Of a stretch of 64,000 nucleotides of DNA, positions 60,489 to 64,000 are shown piece after piece. Under the pieces are notes generated by a model that did no database searches, had not been told where the DNA came from, and was given only the letters and a program-made list of their open reading frames with translations. Within the stretch, counting starts at the first letter, position 1. Every line of letters begins with the position of its first letter. A program made the position numbers and the translations under genes. Source of the DNA: Dehalococcoidia bacterium (GTDB lineage: Bacteria; Chloroflexota; Dehalococcoidia; Lucifugimonadales; Australimonadaceae); the NCBI GenBank assembly GCA_034421335.1, contig DAOUKL010000055.1:4870-68869 (forward strand), read 5' to 3'.

Positions 60489-60543
60489 TCTATACCATTT
60501 TTATTAGTGTGCAATAACTCCTTTAGTTAGTATGCCCTAACTA
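60489..60543 (-). promoter_or_regulatory. AT-rich promoter/operator region upstream of the imelysin cluster
   Basis: Minus strand has TGGTATAGA (extended -10-like; hexamer at 60489-60494). It also has TTATT-N7-AATAA (60501-60517) and TAGTTAG-N6-CTAACTA (60524-60543). This is the most AT-rich stretch I saw in the window. Confidence 0.4.
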
Positions 60544-60639
60544 TGCGGCTCAACAGGAGCACGAAACCCCACCATGGCGAGGAGCACACGCCTCTCAGGA
60601 TTGGAGGATGGGCAGGGCGGGCAGGCGCGGAGACGCCCT

Positions 60640-61692
60640 CTACAAACCCAGCTCCGCGCTCACGCCGTACTCGGCGGCGAGGCCCGCCAGTTTCTCCCAC
60701 GTCGCGTCCTCGACGAAGATCCCTTCGACGACGCGCTTCTGGGCGTTCCGGTGCTCGATCTCGCCGGGGTAGAGGATCTCGTCGAACCCGGCGGCGCGGT
60801 CCGACGCCTTCAGGTACGCGGCGAGGTCCGTCACCTGCTGCTTGAACTCGTCGAGCGGACGGAACGCGGCGACGTTGAACACCGCCATGAAGCAGCCGTC
60901 GTTGTGGAACCCACGAGGGTCGTGGCCGAACCCCAGCCCCGTCAGGATGCCCGACAGGATCTCGACGATGACGGAGAGGCCGTAGCCCTTGTAGCCCTCG
61001 GAGCCGCCGAGCGGGAGGAGCGCCCCGCCCTGCCCGCGCAGCACCGCCGGGTCGGTCGCGGGGTTGCCGTCGCGGTCCACGACCCAGCCCTCGGGTATCG
61101 GGACGCCGCGCGCCTGAGCCAGTTCGACCTTGCCCGCTGCGACCGCGCTCGTGGCCATGTCGATGAACAGGGTCCCCTCGAGGTTGCTCGGAACGGCGAC
61201 GCAGATGGGGTTGGTGCCGAGGCGCGGTTCGCGCCCGCCGAACGGCGCGACCGCCTTGGACGTGCGCCCGGAGTCGGCGGTCATCAGCCCGATGCAGTCC
61301 TCGCGGACCGCCATGATGGGGTAGTCGGCGACGCGCCCGACGTGGCTCTGGCGGTACACGGTTGTGGCGGCGGCGCCCTGCGCGCGCGCCTTCTCGATCG
61401 TCAGCCGCATCGCGTGCTCGGAGACGACGTACCCGAACCCCCAGTGGCCGTCGACCACGGTCGTCGAGGCGGTCTCCTGCACGACGTCGATGGGGGCGCC
61501 GGGGACGATGTGGCCGCGCTTGACGCGCTCGATGTACGTCGGGACCTGGATGATGCCGTGGGAGTCGTGCCCGGCGAGATTGGCGCCGATGACGTGGCGG
61601 GAGATGACCTCGGACTCCTGCGGCGAGGCGCCGGCGCACTGTAGCAGCCGGTCGGCGATGGTCTGGAGTCGATCGTGGGGAACGGTTGGCAT
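60640..61692 (-). CDS. Ldh2-family dehydrogenase (second paralogue)
   Basis: 350 aa. ...LAGHDSHGI... and ...GSEGYKGYGLS... patterns, same family as 28849-29925. Confidence 0.85.
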   Translation of the reverse strand: MPTVPHDRLQTIADRLLQCAGASPQESEVISRHVIGANLAGHDSHGIIQVPTYIERVKRGHIVPGAPIDVVQETASTTVVDGHWGFGYVVSEHAMRLTIEKARAQGAAATTVYRQSHVGRVADYPIMAVREDCIGLMTADSGRTSKAVAPFGGREPRLGTNPICVAVPSNLEGTLFIDMATSAVAAGKVELAQARGVPIPEGWVVDRDGNPATDPAVLRGQGGALLPLGGSEGYKGYGLSVIVEILSGILTGLGFGHDPRGFHNDGCFMAVFNVAAFRPLDEFKQQVTDLAAYLKASDRAAGFDEILYPGEIEHRNAQKRVVEGIFVEDATWEKLAGLAAEYGVSAELGL

Positions 61693-61798
61693 GAGCGGCC
61701 TCCGGTGGAGAAATGCAAGCTGCGCCGGATTCTATCCCGACTTCCGCCGGGACGGGGCCGACAACGGGGAAGCGGCCGAAGGGCGCGGAGGGCAAAGC

Positions 61799-61826
61799 GA
61801 AGGGCAGGCGCGTATGCCTGCCCTTC
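61799..61826 (-). terminator. Hairpin downstream of tRNA-Leu (candidate terminator of the tRNA operon)
   Basis: gaagggcaggc-N6-gcctgcccttc (11-bp stem), followed on the minus strand by gctttg. Lies 20 nt after the tRNA 3' end. Confidence 0.5.
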
Positions 61827-61845
61827 GGCGAACGTATCACGGGAC

Positions 61846-61932
61846 TGGTGCGCAGGAAGAGATTTGAACTCTTACGGGATTGCTCCCACTGCCCCCTCAA
61901 GACAGCGTGTCTACCTATTCCACCACCTGCGC
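61846..61932 (-). tRNA. tRNA-Leu (GAG)
   Basis: gcgcagg tg gtgg aataggtag acac g ctgtc ttGAGgg ggcag tgggagcaatcccgt aagag ttcaaat ctctt cctgcgc a cca. Long variable arm and encoded CCA. Confidence 0.9.
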
Positions 61933-62028
61933 AGGCGGCCAAACGACGTGTTCGGCGTGCTCAGATTGTAGAGCGCGGAATGCTGCGACGCCAACCCCTC
62001 CCTCAAGCGGGCGGGAAGAGAGGAAGAG

Positions 62029-62105
62029 TGGCAGGAGTGGAAGGATTCGAACCCTCGACCGGCGGTTTTGGAGACCGCTGCTCTACCAGGCTGAGCTACA
62101 CTCCT
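62029..62105 (-). tRNA. tRNA-Trp (CCA)
   Basis: aggagtg ta gctc agcctggta gagc a gcggt ctCCAaa accgc cggtc gaggg ttcgaat ccttc cactcct g cca. Confidence 0.9.
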
Positions 62106-62116
62106 GCGTCTCCTAC

Positions 62117-62146
62117 AGGCTAGCACCGCTCCCGAAGAAGGGTCAA
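62117..62146 (-). promoter_or_regulatory. Candidate sigma-70-type promoter of the tRNA-Trp/tRNA-Leu operon
   Basis: Minus strand TTGACC-N18-TAGCCT, with the -10 hexamer ending 11 nt before the tRNA-Trp 5' end. Confidence 0.4.
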
Positions 62147-62256
62147 TTTCGAGGGAGCGCTTTCAAGTGCGACAATTGGGCGTTGCGTTTCCGACAGCAC
62201 GGCGCGTATGCTGGTCTTTGTCAGCGCCGGAAGACCGGCGCAACCCGCCGGGGACG

Positions 62257-62292
62257 AGCCCCGGCCCTTGAGACGAGGGCCGGGGCTTTTGT
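62257..62292 (+). terminator. Strong intrinsic-terminator-like hairpin with no obvious upstream plus-strand gene
   Basis: agccccggccct-tgagacg-agggccggggct (12-bp stem) followed by ttttgt. Lies 36 nt upstream of the prohead protease ATG. Confidence 0.55.
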
Positions 62293-62327
62293 CGTCCGCC
62301 GGCAAATCGAGCGAAAGGGGGAAGCGA

Positions 62328-63020
62328 ATGACGGGAACAACTATGGACGCCGCGGCGGCAAGTGAGCGGGAGCGGTGGGAGCGGGAGCGGCTGTTCGAGG
62401 CGCTCGAAGCGTACCGGCGGGGGTTGTCGGACGCGCCGGTGGTGCAGAAGTTCGCCGTGAGCCAGGCGTCGTCGCCGAACGAGGACCGTCCATTGACGGT
62501 CGTGGCGTCGGACGAAACGGAGGACCGCCTGGGCGACGTGGTGCGGGCGAACGGCTGGGAACTGCGGGCGTACAAGCGGAACCCGGTGTTTCTGTGGGCC
62601 CACGACTACACCCGCACGCCGATCGGGCGGAGTTCGTGGGTGGGGATCGACGCGGGCCGCCTGCTGGCGACGCTGGAGTTCGCGCCCACGGAGTTCGCGC
62701 GGGAGGTGGAGACGCTCTACCGGCAGCGGTTCCTGCGGGCGGTGAGCGTGGGGTTCCGGGCGCGGGAGTTCGCGTTCCGAAAGGGCCGCGACGGCGGCGT
62801 CGAGGGCGTGGAGTACACCAGCCAGGAGCTGCTGGAACTGAGCGCGGTGCCGGTGCCGGCGAACCCGAGCGCGCTGGCGCGGGCGTTCGACGCCGGAGGA
62901 GTCTCGGCGTCGCGGCTGCGGCCCCTCTTCGCGCTCGACCAACCGGCGGAGTCGATCGACCCGGACGGCGCGCGGCGGCTCATCGCGGAACTGCGCCGCC
63001 TGCGCCAACTGGTGGCGTAA
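62328..63020 (+). CDS. HK97-family phage prohead protease
   Basis: Start moved to ATG 62328, preceded by AAAGGGGGAAG. ...NPVFLWAHDYTRTPIG..., ...VSVGF..., ...ELSAVPVPANP... follow the HK97 prohead protease pattern. Confidence 0.85.
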   Translation: MTGTTMDAAAASERERWERERLFEALEAYRRGLSDAPVVQKFAVSQASSPNEDRPLTVVASDETEDRLGDVVRANGWELRAYKRNPVFLWAHDYTRTPIGRSSWVGIDAGRLLATLEFAPTEFAREVETLYRQRFLRAVSVGFRAREFAFRKGRDGGVEGVEYTSQELLELSAVPVPANPSALARAFDAGGVSASRLRPLFALDQPAESIDPDGARRLIAELRRLRQLVA

Positions 63021-63054
63021 GAGCGGCGAGGGGTTGTGCGCGCTTGCGCGCGCG

Positions 63055-63137
63055 GCCCTCTCTGCCCTTCGGGCATCTCCCCCTGTGGGGGAGAAATCAG
63101 AACCCCCTCCCCCCGTGGGGGAGGGTTGGGGAGAGGG
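63055..63137. repeat. Host-type hairpin repeats (C + inverted B) between the phage protease and capsid genes
   Basis: gccctctctgcccttcgggcatctccccctgtgggggagaaatc and ccccctccccccgtgggggagggttggggagaggg. Same modules as at 31713-31792. Confidence 0.85.
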
Positions 63138-63199
63138 CGGCCCCTCCCCGCAAAGAGAACGGTTAGGAAGCAGCGACAGCGCATTGCTAAGGAGGAAGG

Positions 63200-64000
63200 A
63201 ATGTCAGTCATCGAGGAAGTGCAGCGGGAGATCGTGCAGACGCAGGAGTTCGTGAGGGACCGCATCGACCCCATCACGCGGGAGCTGTCGCTCGTGCGGC
63301 AGGAGCAGGAGCGGCTGGCGGAGGAGGTTCGCAGGGCGCTCGAACAGGAGCGCGCGTCGCGCCGGGAAGCGCTCCTGAGCCGCCCGACGAACGACCGCGT
63401 GCGGGTGCGCGGCGGCAAGCTCGACGGGTTCGACCTGGTGGACATGGCCATCGTCCGCAGCCTGCTCTCCGCCCAACTGGCCCGCCCGCAGGACTACAAC
63501 CCGCGCTCGCTCCGGGCGTGGGAGGAGAGCGTGTCCAAGGCGATGGACTCGACGACCGCCGGGGCGGGCGACGAACTCGTGCCGCAGGAGGCGGCGCGCC
63601 AGCTCTGGGCGGACGTCAACGCCGAAACGGCGGTCGCGTCGCTGTTCGACACCGTGGCGATGCCCTCCAACCCGTTCGACATCCCGCTGGAACTCGGCGA
63701 CGTGAACTGGTACCCCGGCGCGGCGAACACGGCGACCACCGCGACCGACCTGAAGACGGCCAAGCAGACGCTGACCGCGCACGAACTCGTCGGCATGGTC
63801 CCGTGGGCCTACGAACTCGACGAGGACGCCGTGGTGGCGATGATGGCCGAGGTGCGCTCGACCCTGCTGCGCAACGCGGCGCAGGTGCTCGACGACGTCA
63901 TCCTCAACGCCGACGCGTCGACGACGGGGAACATCAACTACGACGGGGGCAACCTGGCGAAGACGACGGCGGGGTACGCGCACTACCTCATCGGATTCGA
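63200..64000 (+). CDS. HK97-family phage major capsid protein (partial, continues beyond window)
   Basis: Not in the ORF track because no stop lies in the window. ATG 63200 is preceded by AAGGAGGAAGG. My translation gives MSVIEEVQREIVQTQEF... (coiled-coil delta-domain-like), then ...GDELVPQEAARQLWADV...MPSNPFDIP...WYPG...AHELVGMVPWAYELDEDAV..., typical of HK97-type capsids. Confidence 0.8.

Larger units (their letters stand above)
62328..64000 (+). mobile_element. Phage-derived head-module fragment (protease + capsid; no portal, terminase or integrase upstream)
   Basis: Two adjacent HK97-type head genes start immediately after the tRNA promoter region. The extent beyond 64000 is unknown. Confidence 0.55.

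Noticed and set aside
60501-60543. Declaring a Fur box or a bona fide IdeR box
   Set aside because: TTATT-N7-AATAA does not match the GATAATGATAATCATTATC design. The IdeR-like half-sites are separated by 6 nt instead of 1. It is kept only as an operator candidate.
62029-64000. Prophage integrated into tRNA-Trp
   Set aside because: There is no integrase. The phage genes adjoin the 5'/promoter side of the tRNA rather than its 3' end, and no att-like duplication is visible within the window.

Overview
High-GC (about two-thirds G+C by eye) bacterial chromosomal segment with about 60 protein-coding genes and three tRNAs (Cys-GCA, Leu-GAG, Trp-CCA). I found no rRNA, CRISPR array, transposase or integrase. 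Housekeeping genes (pyk, nadK, ispH, prs, purM, pnp, rpsO, amt-glnK) are interleaved with transporters (two MFS, EamA, SulP, tctCAB, AEC, an FtsX-type permease, a family-5 binding protein). Many small-molecule oxidoreductase and hydrolase genes also occur (two LLM/F420-type, two Ldh2-type, amidohydrolase, MR/MLE, cyclase, two alpha/beta hydrolases, MBL, isochorismatase, two ABM). The gene content is reminiscent of Actinomycetota/Chloroflexota-like genomes, but taxonomy cannot be established from this window. Many long ORFs in the supplied track are Arg/Pro/Gly/Ala-rich shadow frames of real genes, and several track ORFs carry false N-terminal extensions through intergenic repeats; I trimmed those. 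Points worth a second look: (1) an OsmC/Ohr-family gene whose only in-frame stop is a TGA exactly at the peroxidatic Cys position, followed 12 nt later by a 7-bp hairpin with a GGUU loop, so it is either a selenoprotein candidate or a nonsense pseudogene; (2) a seven-gene co-directional cluster with an Sdh-like flavoprotein/FeS/CCG trio whose dicarboxylate-site motifs are all replaced, a kinase-fold ORF, and an XDH-family molybdopterin subunit without its usual FeS/FAD partners; (3) an acetoacetyl-CoA synthetase fused in frame to a DUF2779-type nuclease; (4) a modular family of hairpin-forming intergenic repeats at 12 or more loci, including one 123-bp copy with terminal inverted repeats, two inverted copies bracketing a low-GC DUF559 endonuclease gene, and copies inside a phage-derived protease-capsid pair; (5) a vitamin-K-carboxylase-like HTTM gene convergent on an imelysin/di-heme cluster whose first gene is frameshifted and which has an AT-rich palindromic upstream region; (6) an orphan higA with a 13-codon higB remnant. 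All family assignments come from motif recognition by eye; no searches were run.
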